Source: Bispira polyomma
Taxonomy: Eukaryota
NCBI GenBank assembly: GCA_965649765.1
Contig: OZ287751.1
Span: 11,656,001-11,720,000, forward strand
Reading direction: 5' to 3'
Length of the DNA: 64,000 nt
Shown piece by piece: positions 1-13,633 of the stretch (position 1 is its first letter; every line of letters begins with the position of its first letter). The notes beneath the pieces are model-generated. The model searched no databases, was not told the origin of the DNA, and saw only the letters and a list, made by a program, of their open reading frames with translations. The position numbers and the translations under genes are program-made.

Positions 1-28
1 AAAACATAGCATTTTTGGCGGAGGTAAC
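1..28 (+). repeat. Helentron/HINE-like terminal motif (partial)
   Basis: AAAACATAgCatttTTGGCGGAGGTAA resembles the AAAACATAACCTCCTTGGCGGAGGTAA hairpin terminus common in animal Helentron-associated repeats; a second copy lies at 650-698. Confidence 0.4.
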
Positions 29-649
29 AATCGCCCTAATGTGAAACATGTAACTAATAATCTTATCAGCACATAATATACATGTTTATTTATGTATGCC
101 ATAAACGTTTGATACTTTATCTTATCATGGAAGAACTAATCATTTTTATTGATCATTTTACTAATCATCATATACACTGGTTATATGGTAACAAAAATAG
201 ATCCAGCTTTAGTCTTGGTTTCAAAGAGAACTCTTTACCTCCTTATAAAGGCACTAGGGTCGTGAAACTGGACACACTAATGTTTCTACTATGGACTCCT
301 TCGTCTTATGGCACATTCTAACTTGATATGGAAGTGACACTACAAAAGAACAGAAAGGTGTATAAAAAGCCAGGAGCCATACACACAAAGACAGGAATAA
401 TGGGGCAGCTTAATGGAAAGACAAAATCCAAGGAAGGACATTGGAGCATGTCTGTGCAGGAGAACTCTGTTTTGTTGAGTTTGATATAGGAAAGGATGAT
501 AATGACATGTTATTAGCCTGCCACAATGGCCCCTTATTTAGCATTTACTGGTATATTTATTAATAAATGTGTGATTAGATATATACAATATAAAATGGTT
601 AATGAAGTAATTTTAGAAAGGTGTTTTTTGTATGCAATCCTGGAGAAAA

Positions 650-698
650 ACAAACAGACAAACATGTGTGAAAACATAACCTCGTTTTCGGGAGGTAC
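650..698 (+). repeat. Helentron/HINE-like terminus
   Basis: acaaacagacaaac tetranucleotide tract followed by gaaaacataACCTCgttttcggGAGGT hairpin. Confidence 0.45.
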
Positions 699-1883
699 AA
701 TATCTGTCCAGCAAAAGTAAATTATTTCCCAAATGCTGTGGCTAACATTTAAGCTATTTGACCTTATCTTGTACGCACATGTCCAGTTTAAGTGTGGACC
801 ACTGTAACTAAGCAGCTAGCAATTAGAAGCCCAAAACAACGAATAAATAATTATTTAACATACATAGGAACAAAATTGTTGGACAAAAAACAATTGGTGA
901 AATCAAATATTGTCTGAAGAAATCCCGTTTAAATTTTACACTAGACTTGTGATACAAAGTGCAAACCTATCATTTCTTATCAAGAGCAGTACTAGTTTTG
1001 CAAACACTAGGCCAGAAGGAAAAACAAAACAACAAGCCGTGGACATTCTAACCACGGCTCGGTCTAACCGATTTATAATTACACGGTTATTGTGTCCATG
1101 TCCGAGTTTTGATTAAGGATATCAGAACTAATATCAAAGTGAGTGTCCATTTCCTTGTTTTTGGAGAGACCACTTTGACAGAATGTCTATAAAGTCTACT
1201 TGAAAGGCCCTTGTCATTGGCAACCATATTTTGATTGAGTTAAGGGATGCTTTAACAATAGCTAAAATGGCTGGAATAGGTTATTTTTGGACAAATTGAA
1301 ATTTAACCACACAGCACCTGCTAATATTGACCTGTTTACAAGTGTAAAGTGGTCAAAACAGTTCAAAATAAAGATAACAACAAAAATAAAGATAAAAAAA
1401 CATAGCACCATTTTTGTAAATAGATGCATACCACAGTTATTGCCTGAATGGCATTGGTAAATTTACAGGTTCAGTCGTTAAATTTCAACGTAGCACAGCA
1501 ATATAAACTGAAAACGTTGTGGTTCGTATCAATGTGACGTCATTCCCATGAAGGTGCAGTCGATTGTGACGTTTTGTGACCATGTTGGTGGCGTTTTGTG
1601 ACGATGTTGGTACTTTTACACACTGAGCGAGAAAAAAAAACACGAAGACTTTGCTGGTAGAATATTACTACCTACTACTATCAATAAACTTAACTTGATA
1701 ATGCAAAACTCAAATAAAAATCTGGCAACCTTTTTGATAAAGGCATGGTGATGTAAAAAAAAAAAGTCTGTTTAAGTAATATATTCAAAATATCAGAAAT
1801 TTGGTGCTAAATTGTGTATTTACACACATAGAATTATTATGCTGAACCAGTGTACTGTACTAGATATAGAGTACTTCGACTAC

Positions 1884-1935
1884 CTAAACAGGTACTAGAG
1901 TGGACGTTAAATATCCAAATTTAAAAAAAAAAAAT
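1884..1935 (+). mobile_element. 5'-truncated retroposon tail (same 3' end as the SINE family below)
   Basis: ctaaacaggtactagagtggacgttaaatatccaaattt + A-tail matches the SINE 3' end at ~54180-54220; 12-bp TSD tacttcgactac at 1872-1883 and 1936-1947. Confidence 0.85.
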
Positions 1936-2735
1936 TACTTCGACTACTTAAAATTGTAATAATAGTGAAATAGTATTGTTCATTTATCTTCAATAATCTC
2001 TTGAAAAACATTTTCATGCTAAATTTGTATTTGGTATATTTGTTAAATTGTCACTACTGTAAGCCCATATGGACTGGGAATTTTTCTTCTGTTTATGTTC
2101 ACTGTTACAAATGTATTGATGTTCTAGTTTCAGAAATAAACTTAAACTATAAAGAAAGATACTTTGGCTATATTTCTCCGCGAGAATGTAAAAACAAAAA
2201 GATGTATCAGCATAATACCTCTGTCCCCTGAATGAAATAAGCCTACACTATAGAACAAATCTTGTGTTATTTATAGTAGGTTGGCAGGAAAATGAAGGAC
2301 TCCTGGGTGGCTGGCCTGGCCTCTTAAAGGGCAAGAAATCTATCAATGTATCAAATTAGACACCACCCAGGAGCAATACTAATGGAAGAAGAAAGGGGGG
2401 TAAAAGATATGCAGGCTGGTTTTGCCTTCCACTGCAAAGATCAAACGAATGTCTTTTTTTTTTTATAAATGCATGGAATTCAAGGAACAAAATACTGTAC
2501 CCTTTGCAAAGGGTACAGTTTCACCAAAATCTATATGGGAAAGCTTTATTGATTTAATTGTATATTTATCATTACTATTTAGATAATACTGTCCCAAATT
2601 GAAAAAAATAAAAACAGAAACATTTTACTACATCAATTATTTGAATGTGTGTTATTTATAGTAAAAGATTGCCAAGTGAATATGAAAATGAGAACTATTT
2701 AAGGCTTTAGTAACGTAAACACAAAAGACGATATG

Positions 2736-3433
2736 GGGCCGTATTCACTAACGGTCTTAAACTAAGCCAAAACTTAGGCTAAGCCCAGTCTTAAATCTAA
2801 GACTTTTGTCTTAGCTAAGTTTTGTCTTAAAATGGTATTCACGAAAGGTGACTTAGCTAAGACTATGTTAAGACAAAAGTCTTAAATTTAAATCGTTCTT
2901 TTTACAATTATACAAAATATTATTTACATTTTTACACACACACATATACTATATAATTATTTAGGCCTATATGAATTTTCCAGAGTAAAAAAAAATCATT
3001 AAATAAGAAATTGTTTTCTTTAATTGGACTTAGACTTAAGACTGGCTAAGTCCTCTTCAAAAAATATATGATTCAAAATATGTTAGGAATTATACTACTT
3101 TTTGTTTGACTCATCACAAGTTACAATAAGAATTGTTTGCTACTTGATATCATAATATCAAAGTTAAATGTTTATAGTTTGTTGTGCACTGCAAATTTAC
3201 AGTTTTATTTGTAAATGTTGTGTAAAAACCCTGAGACTTTTTACCATAAAGTTAAGCCCACTACCTACCTGTCTTAAAGTTAAGCCCTTGGCTAAGCTAA
3301 AACTCAGGCTTAACTGCTTTGTGAATACCGCTAAGACTAAGACTTTTGTCTTAGTCTATTTTACCCAAAAGTTAAGACAAAAGTCTTAACTTTAAGCCTA
3401 AGACTTGGCTAAGTCTGTTAGTGAATATGGCCC
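2736..3433. mobile_element. MITE, PIF/Harbinger-like
   Basis: 17-bp TIR GGGCCGTATTCACTAAC / GTTAGTGAATATGGCCC (1 mismatch); 3-bp TSD ATG (2733-2735, 3434-3436); many subterminal ttaagac/gtcttaa/ctaag motifs; no ORF. Confidence 0.85.
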
Positions 3434-6292
3434 ATGGATAACCACGTGATGTGTGCTTGAGCTTCTCAGAAACTGCACAACTTTTTCTTTGTGGCCTTAA
3501 ATTCGATTTATGGATAACATATTTACATTGTCATGGGTAGAAATAATAAAGCATGGTATTTATTTTAATTATATACTAATTCATATATTTTATGTGTCAT
3601 TTTAATACATAATTTGAGACATACAATGCATATAGTAGTGTGTAAAATTGTAACTAAAATGGGTAATATTTTCAATGTACATGCTTCACAAACGTGACAC
3701 AATTCATATACCAAGCAGGGATCAATACTGAAGTATTGTACATGACTAGAAAAAGGAAAACATCAGCATTATTTTGAATGAATTCGTTTTTTAATAAAAG
3801 CACAAAAACGGGGATAATTTTAGTAAAACTTAAAAGTTACACTCTTCTAAATAGAAAGATACTTTGTATTCTTCGTTTATATAACATAAGGAGACGTATT
3901 TAAAAATGTAATTCATTCAAAACAATATACATGTTTTATAAAGTTGTGTAGCATATATCTTGTACTGATATATGCTGGATCAATACTGGTATTATGTCAC
4001 AATAGAAAGGACTCTCTCCAAGACTTGTTTACAAATATGACGTTCTACATAGATTTTCAAATTGTGTGACAACACAGGGATGGTTATATGGGTGTTTTTT
4101 TTTGTGTTTTTTTTTTTGTTTTGTAGCACATTATTAACCTTTTGAATTGTCTGGACACATAAAAATGGTTAAAAACCTTACTAAAGTGTACTTTTAAAGT
4201 CCTCATAGTTAATGTACAGAGTAGAAATAGCTCTCGTAATAATAGCATGCTTTATTCCCGGCCCGTTTATGTGTTTACGTTACTAAAACCTTAAAGACAA
4301 CAGTTAAAAACAGCAGACATGTTCAGCATATGATTTTTAAAATGGTATAACGATATAGGAAATAAATGCTATAATTCAACTACATACTCTACATCTACTT
4401 TATTCCAAATGATGCAATATACTCTGGCATACACTGCTGTTTTCTTTCCCAACAAATGAAAATAGAAAAATACACTGTGTATTTGGTGACCTTAGATTTA
4501 AACGTCACCTCTTTTGTTGTGATCGTAGATGTTTGACTTGCTAAGTTAATATTAAATGTTAGATAGATGTATTTTAAATGCCAAAGAGCCATACCATTGT
4601 ATTCATTCATACTGCCATATCTTATTGTCCATATTCTGGTAGAAGTTCTAGGTCCCCATTGACTGTTCCTGCCACAATCGTGCAAACAAACATTTTAATT
4701 CTAATTACAAAATACAAAATGTGTGTTAAATATTTTAAATATATATAAATGCATCACTTACCTTACCAGTCGTTCAATGTTCTTTATAAGGTTTCACACT
4801 TTCAAATATGTCACCTCATAACTAAATACTAACAAATTATTAATACAAAATACGAATCTTGTCCGATTTTCTTTAAGAAGTCCATTCAAATAAACATATC
4901 AAAATCCAAAATCCAAACCATGTGGTTTATGGCTGTACAAACATACCATGAACAACCCACTGGTTTTACTAATAAACACATATGTTTTCAAGCCTGATAC
5001 AAACTTTACACCCACTCAAATGTTTGTGCAATGTACATTTTCCACTCCCGTTAAATCAAACACGTCTTTCTTACTTTTTCCACGGCGAACATTGTCGTCT
5101 GCTGAACCGACTGGAGTGCAAGATCCTTGATTAACTTACTAGTAGACTGCGCATGCGCCGACTTGGGGGTGAGGGGATTTCTCTTTTAAAAACTTAGTGG
5201 AAAAGGGGATGAGGTGGCGTCTCTTTCCCCGTAATTACGTGATCAACATTATAGTTAGTCCAAGGCGTTGTCGTTTAATATACAGTAAAAGCAGACATTT
5301 TCACTATGAACTATATTGGCTAAAAACATTTTAACTCAATGAAAAATAAAAGTGTGCTTTGGTAAAAGTTGAGCATGCATCTTGCATTGGAAATCTTTAG
5401 GCAATTATAAATAAATAAAAGCGATTCTGGCCAGCTAAAAGTTCCCCTTATTCATTAGTTATTTGAAGACCATGTCTCAACCATACATATATCTATAGAT
5501 ATTTTATGAAACTCGGGGTTTCATCTAAAAATTGAAGTTGTTTACCTCAAATATATGTATGGGTACCTGTTCAATTATAAAAGATGTTAGTTGTGTGTAG
5601 CACATCGTGTTATTAAAATACAATTAAGAATAGTTTTTAAATGAGTTTGTCGAGTAAAAATTCCCTTAGTATCATTTTGTAACAAATAATTATATATCCT
5701 TGGTCTTAAAAATATTTGGGCTTCCTTGTAACCAAAATATAATATTGTTTTCTGCCAGAAATCCTTATAATACACACACAAAGCTTGATTTCATGCGTGT
5801 ATTTTTTTCTATCCATTTCTGAAGACTGCCTCAATAGAGTTAAGCCTTCAGTCTAAGATTAAACCGAAATTTCCTGTTTAGTCTTGTCAATGTTGACAGG
5901 ACGACCACATAGAGGTATAACTACCTTAACAACACTAAGGAGCAGCTTCAACAATAACTTCATTCTGCCATATCTAATCCAGTTTATTGACCTCCAATAC
6001 ACAGCCACAGTGAAAAAGGTCCCTCAGCGCATTAAACTTGTACACGCACCGAGCAACAATAGAACTTTGGCGCTCAAGTATACATGAAAGACAGTTATAT
6101 TGAAGTTTTTATTATGTTAAGTTTTTATGTTCTTGTTTTTAAAATTTTGAGATGCTCAACATTTTATACATTATACATGTAATGGTAATATGGGACAAAC
6201 AAAGCTGACCCCGGCGAACGAGGTAGAATTTACAAAACAGACCAGTAAGAGTATGGAAAAGGGGAAGACAGCTCAAAAAGCAGCACTGCATT

Positions 6293-6660
6293 ATCTGCAG
6301 TTTTAGCACATATTGGTATTCCAATAACTTACATAGTTTTCATACTTTTAGAAGATCTGGCGCCACTTTCGCCTTCAAAAATAATGTTTCCCTCCAAAAT
6401 ATAATGGCCAATGGGCTGTTGAGATCTTCTGCAGTCTAAACATATTGGCATACAGACTTTCCAGGCTGCCTCTACAGTCCCCCCTCACCTTTGCTTCTGC
6501 TATCCCTCCTTACTTCTAGTTTGGCTTGGGAAAAATTTTAAAATATCTTGAAACATTTAAAAACATTTACTTTAAAGTTACAACTGTATATAAATATTAG
6601 GTAACATGTATAAAATAAAATATCTCAAACATGGTTTCACTGTCTTAAATGCTACATTAC
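6293..6660 (+). mobile_element. 3' fragment of an E3-family YR retrotransposon (YR C-terminus + part of B repeat)
   Basis: Translates as HSFHTFRRSGATFAFKNNVSLQNIMANGLLRSSAV (cf. E3 YR); followed by tagtttggcttggg and ctcaaacatggtttcactgtctt matching the E3 post-YR/B repeat; cut off by the LINE. Confidence 0.8.
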
Positions 6661-6679
6661 TTATGCTAAGGACTTATGA

Positions 6680-8549
6680 CTTTTTTTTTCACTGGCAAAC
6701 ATTTTTAGTACTTTTTTCACTGATAAAATTACCAGAATCCGTGACGGTTTTACATTAGCTGCCCCAAATGCCCCTTTACCAACAGCTCCACCAACCGTCT
6801 TCAACTGTTTCTCCACAGTAACTGTTGATGAAGTCAGGAAAATTATACTGGCATCACCCGTAAAATCTTGCTTGCTAGATCCATGGCCCACATTCCTTGT
6901 CAAAGAATGTATTGACATTTTATTGCCCTCAATCACAAAACTTATCAACCTCTCGTTGGTAAATGACGTCTTTCCAAATGATTTTAAAAAGGCCATTGTC
7001 ACTCCTTTAATAAAAAAATCTTCTCTTCCAAAGGCTGACCTGAAAAATTGCCGTCCTGTCTCAGGCCTTTGCTATATCTCCAAGTTGGTAGAACACGCGG
7101 TTGCCTTACAGATCAAACAACATGTTGACGTCAGCAATCTGTTCAATAAGTATCAGTCAGCATACAAAAGTGGCCATTCTACTGAGACTGCACTACTCTG
7201 CATCAAAAATGATGTTCATACATCTTTATCCAAAGGTATGCCTACTGCCGTAGTACTGCTGGATCTGTCAGCAGCCTTTGACACTATTGATCACAAAGTT
7301 CTTCTTGAGTGCCTACCGTTTTGGTTCGGTATCAGCGGTATGGCACTTAAGTGGTTCACGGCATATTTGTCTGATAGATTCCAATCGGTCAAAATTGGCA
7401 ATATCTGATCTGACCCAACATGGTTAAAATTTGGTGTTCCCCAAGGTTCCATCCTGGGTCCTATTTTGTTTTCCATGTACACCACTCCACTCAGCAAGAT
7501 TATTGCTGCATACAAAAACATAAACTTTCACTTCTATGCCGATGATACCCAACTGTATATCCACCTTACACCTGACTCTGCCCAGGCAGCTTTCCCTTCC
7601 TTACAGAACTGCCTTATTGATGTACAACACTGGATGGCAGCAAATAAACTCAAGCTGAACCCTGAGAAGACTGAGTTTATTTTGTTCGGCTCCAGGGCGC
7701 AACGGGAAAAATTGTCCAGCTGTTTTCTACTTGACATTCTTGGCAGCAGGTTTTTTCCAGGTGACAAAGTACGCAACCTGGGTGTGGTGTTCGACTCTGA
7801 ATTCTCCTTCTCTAACCATGTCGCATCGGTGTGTAGATCATGTTTTGTTGGCCTCCGTGATTTCAGGCAGATACGACCCTATCTTTCCAAATCCACTGCA
7901 ATTACTGTTGCCAATGCTTTGGTCGGCAGCAGGCTTAACTCTCTGTTACATTCCTTATCTTGTAGTGATCTTAGACGCCTTCAGAATATCCAACACTCAT
8001 TGGCACGTATTGTGACCAAAACTTTTAAATTTTCCCACATTACTCCTGTACTCAAGTCACTGCACTGGCTCCCAATAAAATATTGTGTTGCTTTCAAAAC
8101 AGCACCAATTATATATAAATTTCTAAATTCTGGATTACCCACTTATTTAAGCCCCCATCTATCCAAATATACATGCTCAGTCAGGACAAGGCGCAGTAAC
8201 CCTGATAAATTATACTTTAACATTCCCACTTTCGACCCTCGCATCCACAAATCCAAAGTTCAGTTCAATCACTGCCTAACTCATGATGGCCCCCCTCATT
8301 TGGAATAGCCTACCTGATCATGTTCCCCTGGCTCTAAGTTTCTCCTCTTTCAGGAGTAAGCTGAAGGCCTACCTTTTTGAACAGCCTTTTCCACCTTAGC
8401 CGTCACAACCATTTACGGTAGTCTTACTGGTTACGACTTCCATCAGCCCACTATTTTTGATTTTCGATTAATGTTTTGGGTTTGTTGCACCTTAGAATTT
8501 GTTGTACAAAGATTAAGGGCTATAAAAGTACGACTAGATTAGATTAGAT
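6680..8549 (+). mobile_element. 5'-truncated L2/Crack-type (CR1-group) LINE, RT pseudogene
   Basis: ORFs 6872-7408 and 7466-8308 with LDPWPT, QSAYKSGHSTETALL, LLDLSAAFDTIDH, GVPQGSILGP, YADDTQLY, LHWLP; premature stop 7406-7408; (tagat)n tail. Confidence 0.92.
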
Positions 8550-11185
8550 TTTATATAACTTTGGCCTAGACCAATTTCTTAGGCTAAAAGTTTATGACCT
8601 TCATATGACCATGATAACTTCCAACTAGGAGAACTGAGGTGATACATTGGGGTGATTAAATTTGATTCGTTTTGGCATTGATTCCCATAGACAGAACATG
8701 AAGAAGTTAAGATTATAAGTCAAGATTATAAGTTAGTTAAGGCATGCTTAAGGTCACTTGATCCTCAGGTATTTGCAATTCACACCAATTATCAGCTTCC
8801 AGTGACAGCAAGATGAGTCAAAGCCCTGGCTAAGTCGATAGTACTACGTTCCTAGTGTTTTTTTTGTATTTTTATACTTTGTACCGAGGGCACTCAAGCA
8901 ATAGTTGTAATCATTATAGACATTACTACGTGATACCAATGTATTATGAAATAAAATAATAAATACAAACTTAATAGTTATAAATGTGAAGTTTGGTATG
9001 CAGTTAATGAAGTGGTGCCAGCTTCAATAATAAATCATTTCAAAGTTTTAGTGTCAACTATTTTAAATTTTGGGATATCAAGTGACAGTAGCATTGTTTA
9101 ATGTTTATGTTGATTATTGTCTATAACTTATATGTTAACCATGTGTGAACCTTTAAATGTCGTATCTACCCAGGTATGTCTATGCTAATCATACAATCAA
9201 ATGAATCTCATTTAATAAGTGTTTGTGGTCTGTACAAGGATTTACGTACAAAAGTATATCCTCTCTGCGGAAAGTTGTAACCTTTAGGATTTTATTTTTC
9301 TAATGTCTACTATAAATACAACTAGGTTAACTGAGTTGTGATATTTCTTTTATTACAGTTTGTAGAAGAGACGTTTTACCAAATGAACAAAAAAATTAAT
9401 GTGTCATAAAAAATTGATGTTTTTCAAACCAATTATTTTTGTTATTAAAACCATATATATGATGTGCTAGACCGAATAATCTGTCCCAAAATAGCAACAT
9501 TCCTTGCTGATATTTTGATGACGACCTCACGATAAGGGACAGAACGGCTTCCATAAGCTAAACATGCAAGAGGCCTATGACATAAAAGCAAACAAACATG
9601 TTCTGTTCTATAACAACATATAATGCATGTAATGTGTAAATATAATGCTAGCCCCAATCTTTCATTGTCTGCAAAGCATCTTTACTGCATACCTTTTCTA
9701 CGAATTTGGCCGGACCTGGGGTACTGAATTGATAGATTGCCATCAGATATACAAGACTGATTTATACAATTGTATACCATAAGAATATTCTTCACACATT
9801 AACTGTTAACAGACTATATTGCACTCCAAGGAATAGGTGCATTGATAGGATTACAATCTACTGAACTTCTGCAGGTATTTAACTCATTGGTACCAGCTTT
9901 ATGACACAATAATGGCAAAATAATGACATTTGATATTACACAGAGGCCGTCACTAATTACGAAATTATCAGCTAATTGAAAACTAAATAGAGATAACTTA
10001 GGAGATCCACCAACAGTGGGGGAATGTAACCCTTGCTTACTTTATTGTAATAACTAGGAGGTGTCTTAGCTGGTGGTGGAAGTCTATCTTTTTCCTTGCT
10101 TTTAGTTTGTTGATCTATGAGCATGTCTGTAACTGTAGTATTCAATGGAACCTGTTGATATCAGTGCATTTGTGTAACTCCAGTAGCGATGGACCGTTAG
10201 ATACGCTTTTAACTGAAACTGAATCCATTTTAGTTGGTATTTTCCTGCATCTCATTATTTGGCACTACCCTTGGGTCAAAACTGGTATTGTTTCTTACTG
10301 CTGATGAGTATGTAAAACGTTTGCCCAGTTTTTGATTTATTTCAACGTTTTCATCTATTGCGCAATCTGTTGTACCCAAGAATTTTCTATCCAAGTGATT
10401 TTATCTATTTAAAAGAAGCATATTGTGTAATTCCTTCAGGGTAAGAGCCAGGAATAAGAATAAAAGACTAATTGCAATGACAGTAACATTCTAAGAAGTC
10501 TTAGAATATATCCTGAAGGTATGCATCCCATTCACAGCGGGTTAAAGTTACAATTCTTTGAGGGTTTCCTTTTTACCTCAGGCACCACACTATTTGTTAC
10601 AGAGTATATACGTTTAGTCTCTGAGATTTGATTTTTGGTCAAATGGCCAAGGACAGCTTTACCTTAGACCGCATAATCTGTCCCTATTTAGCGAGATTCC
10701 TTGCTGTTATTTTGACCACAGAACAACAATTACTGGTGTCATAGGGCGAAACATTACTATCTTAGGTTTATGTTAAAACTTATTCTCTAAATGGTCACTT
10801 TTCCTGTTTTGTTTATTTACTATAACTTTTACATAAACTAACACCAGCAATGTTAGTTTATTCAAGTAAATGTAGCTGGATCTGGGTCTGTATTTATCAA
10901 CAAAACAGTACACTGTAAACTTAAACTCACAATAATTACAGTATCTACCCTTATGTACAATGGATATTTCTTAAACATCTACTACATTTTTGGAGCCCCT
11001 AGGTGAAAACTCTATAAAAGAGGATGGTAACTTGCCTGGGTTATTCTTAGTTATAAGGAAACCCACATATGTATGGCATTCAATGGAGTTTAAATATGAG
11101 TTTAAGTATATGACTGTCCCAGTTTAATTGTGAAACATTGGACATCTGCTAGAAGATGAAGTAGACTGGGATAATGGTATTTTAC

Positions 11186-11374
11186 AGTTCCCTATGTGTA
11201 AGTCTCAGTAAATTAGTGATGTGAAAGTGTCTGCAGTTGGTGATACAAGACAATAAAAAGATACTGTTTTGGAGTTTATTTTCCTGTACAAGTCAGTATA
11301 GCTATGTACAATATGCAGTAGTTAATATAAAATATTTAAAATTTCAAGAGGTAACTGAGATTTTAAATGAACCC
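11186..11374 (-). repeat. E1 split repeat B2
   Basis: Near-identical to 12460-12648 (1 mismatch seen); contains AATAAA on the - strand. Confidence 0.95.
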
Positions 11375-12233
11375 GTTACACAGAGTAAAATAGTAAAGAC
11401 AAAATAGTAGTATAACAACAGATAGCTAGTAATAACTTCCCAACAACTAGTGTATATAGGAATCAACCATCCCATATGGGAATAATACATAATTGAAATA
11501 TTATATGGGACTAGCCCGTTACATTAAAAACCAGTTAAAATTATTGGGGTACAACAAAAAAAAATATATAAATAACACCAGGTATAATTGCTTTAAGGAC
11601 TAGCCCGTCATATTAATTCACTAATTTCTTTTATCCAATACCACTGGCCTAACGCACAGTAATGAGCCCACAACGGCGGGAAAATGCACATGCAAGTTTT
11701 ACACAAAGGTTGGCACTGCTAGCCCAAATAATAAGCCTGAGGCTTATCAGACCATTTTATTGTTCGGGTTACTAAACTCACAAATAATATACTTTTTACT
11801 GAGTCGCATAAACGGGCAGTGGAACTCGAGGCCTAAGGTACCTATTCACCTAGCGAAGAAGGATTCAGTCCCTGCGCCTTTATTCAACCCTGGCCACTAT
11901 AGTTGGGCTCAGAGGAAGGAACAAGGACTGGAAACGTCTCCACACGGCCGAGAATTCAACCATCCGTCCGCAGCTCAGTTAGGTTCATTTTACCAGTAAT
12001 TTTGTCCTCAAAGTCATATGCAGGGAGTCTGTGGAGCCTGGGGCCTATGGTACCTAGTCACCTAGCAAGAAAGGAGAAGTCAGACAGTCCTTATTCTACC
12101 CTGGCCACTATAGTTGGGCTCAGGGGAGGGCAGAAAGACTACCCCATCCTCACCCGGCCACAAGTTCAGTTCTCACCGTGCATTATACTATAAATATACC
12201 TTAAGTGGAGGAGCCCAAGGGGTTGGTGGTGGG

Positions 12234-12648
12234 TATAAAATTTTTTTTTTTATTTGTTGTTGACCCTTCTAATGCTTGGTCCAATATGGCATCCAAAAGT
12301 GGGGATACAATTTCTAATTAAGGGTGGCCTAATTAGTGATTGGTTCATTAGGACATGTGTGAGGAAAATGTGTGTGAACAAGAATAGTCTTTTTAAAAGG
12401 GGTATTTATTGAGATGGTGAACTGCTTCAGCAGACCCCTAAAGTTGTCGTGCTCGACATAGTTCCCTATGTGTAAGTCTCAGTAAATTAGTGATGTGAAA
12501 GTGTCTGCAGTTGGTGATACAAGACAATAAAAAGATACTGTTTTGGAGTTTATTTTCCTGTACAAGTTAGTATAGCTATGTACAATATGCAGTAGTTAAT
12601 ATAAAATATTTAAAATTTCAAGAGGTAACTGAGATTTTAAATGAACCC
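12234..12648 (-). repeat. E1 internal B1(12460-12648)-A2(12234-12458) junction
   Basis: B1 matches 11186-11374; A2 matches 17672-17896 (~5 substitutions). Confidence 0.95.
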
Positions 12649-12657
12649 AAACCCAAG

Positions 12658-13627
12658 TCAGAGGGAAGTGGGGACAATGTTTGCAAAAGTGTGTGGAATC
12701 ACAGAGGCAGCTTGTGATGTAGATTGAAGATAAGTCCATACAGCTGAGCTGCGCCAAAGTCCGTGTGCCATAATATTTTGTAAAGAAATGTTGCTATTAA
12801 ATGCCAATGTTGCACCGGACCTACGAAATGTATGAAAACCATGTGTAGAGTGATCAATTCCAATATGTTGAAGTATCATTTTTAATGCTGCCCTAATGTG
12901 CGAGTCCACTACAGGGTAATGAGGGGGTTGTGCTGAGGTGAACAAGGGGGCGAAAGGCGCCAGCCCCCTGTTATTGATCAAACCATGAAGTGCTGTAACT
13001 GGACATAGTAATGGAACTTTAATTGAAGGTAACTGGACAACATGTGAGTTGGATCTGTCCTGCATGTTTTTGGCCCACTTTATTATGAGGTGTACCCCAG
13101 GAGGGCCAAATACTACATCATGAATCAGTAAATTTCTAGTGGGGTCGGATTTGCTTCTTGAATGTGGGGCGATGTTGGACATGCGCAAAAACCCATAATA
13201 TGCCACCAAAAATATAGCCCTGAATAACTGTGGGTCTGGAAGAATTTCACATGCCTTTTTAACAGTTGTTTAATGTCAAACACCCCTTATGAAGCTGGTC
13301 TAAAAGGAGAGTTATGAACCAAACTACGTGTAAACAGGGAAATGGCATTGTGTTTAAACACTGCTGTATTGATTTGATATTTTGCAGACATGAATTTCAA
13401 TGCCGCAAGATAGTTATTCACTACTTTTGGAGATAAATTATTCTGCGTAAGATATTCCAAAAATGCCAGTACTGAATGTACAGTGATGTCCTGAATGTGT
13501 GCATATTGCAAGAAAGCCAGAAATGTCCTAAATTGGCTAATATAGGCTGATGTATTCGCAGGTCTCAGTGCTGTGTTGATCCTGTTGATCGCAGCAGTGG
13601 TGAGTGAATCTGTTACAGTTGTGGCAC
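12658..13627 (-). pseudogene. E1 tyrosine recombinase (stop + frameshift near 13260-13290)
   Basis: FLRMSN, KWAK, HTFRRSGAT, HGLW, WTYL catalytic motifs; N-terminal part in ORF 13287-13511, frame open up to 13627. Confidence 0.92.
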
Positions 13628-13633
13628 CTACAA

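Noticed and set aside
10298-10322. Hammerhead ribozyme (CTGATGAG)
   Set aside because: No stem II or GAAA; flanking stems not found
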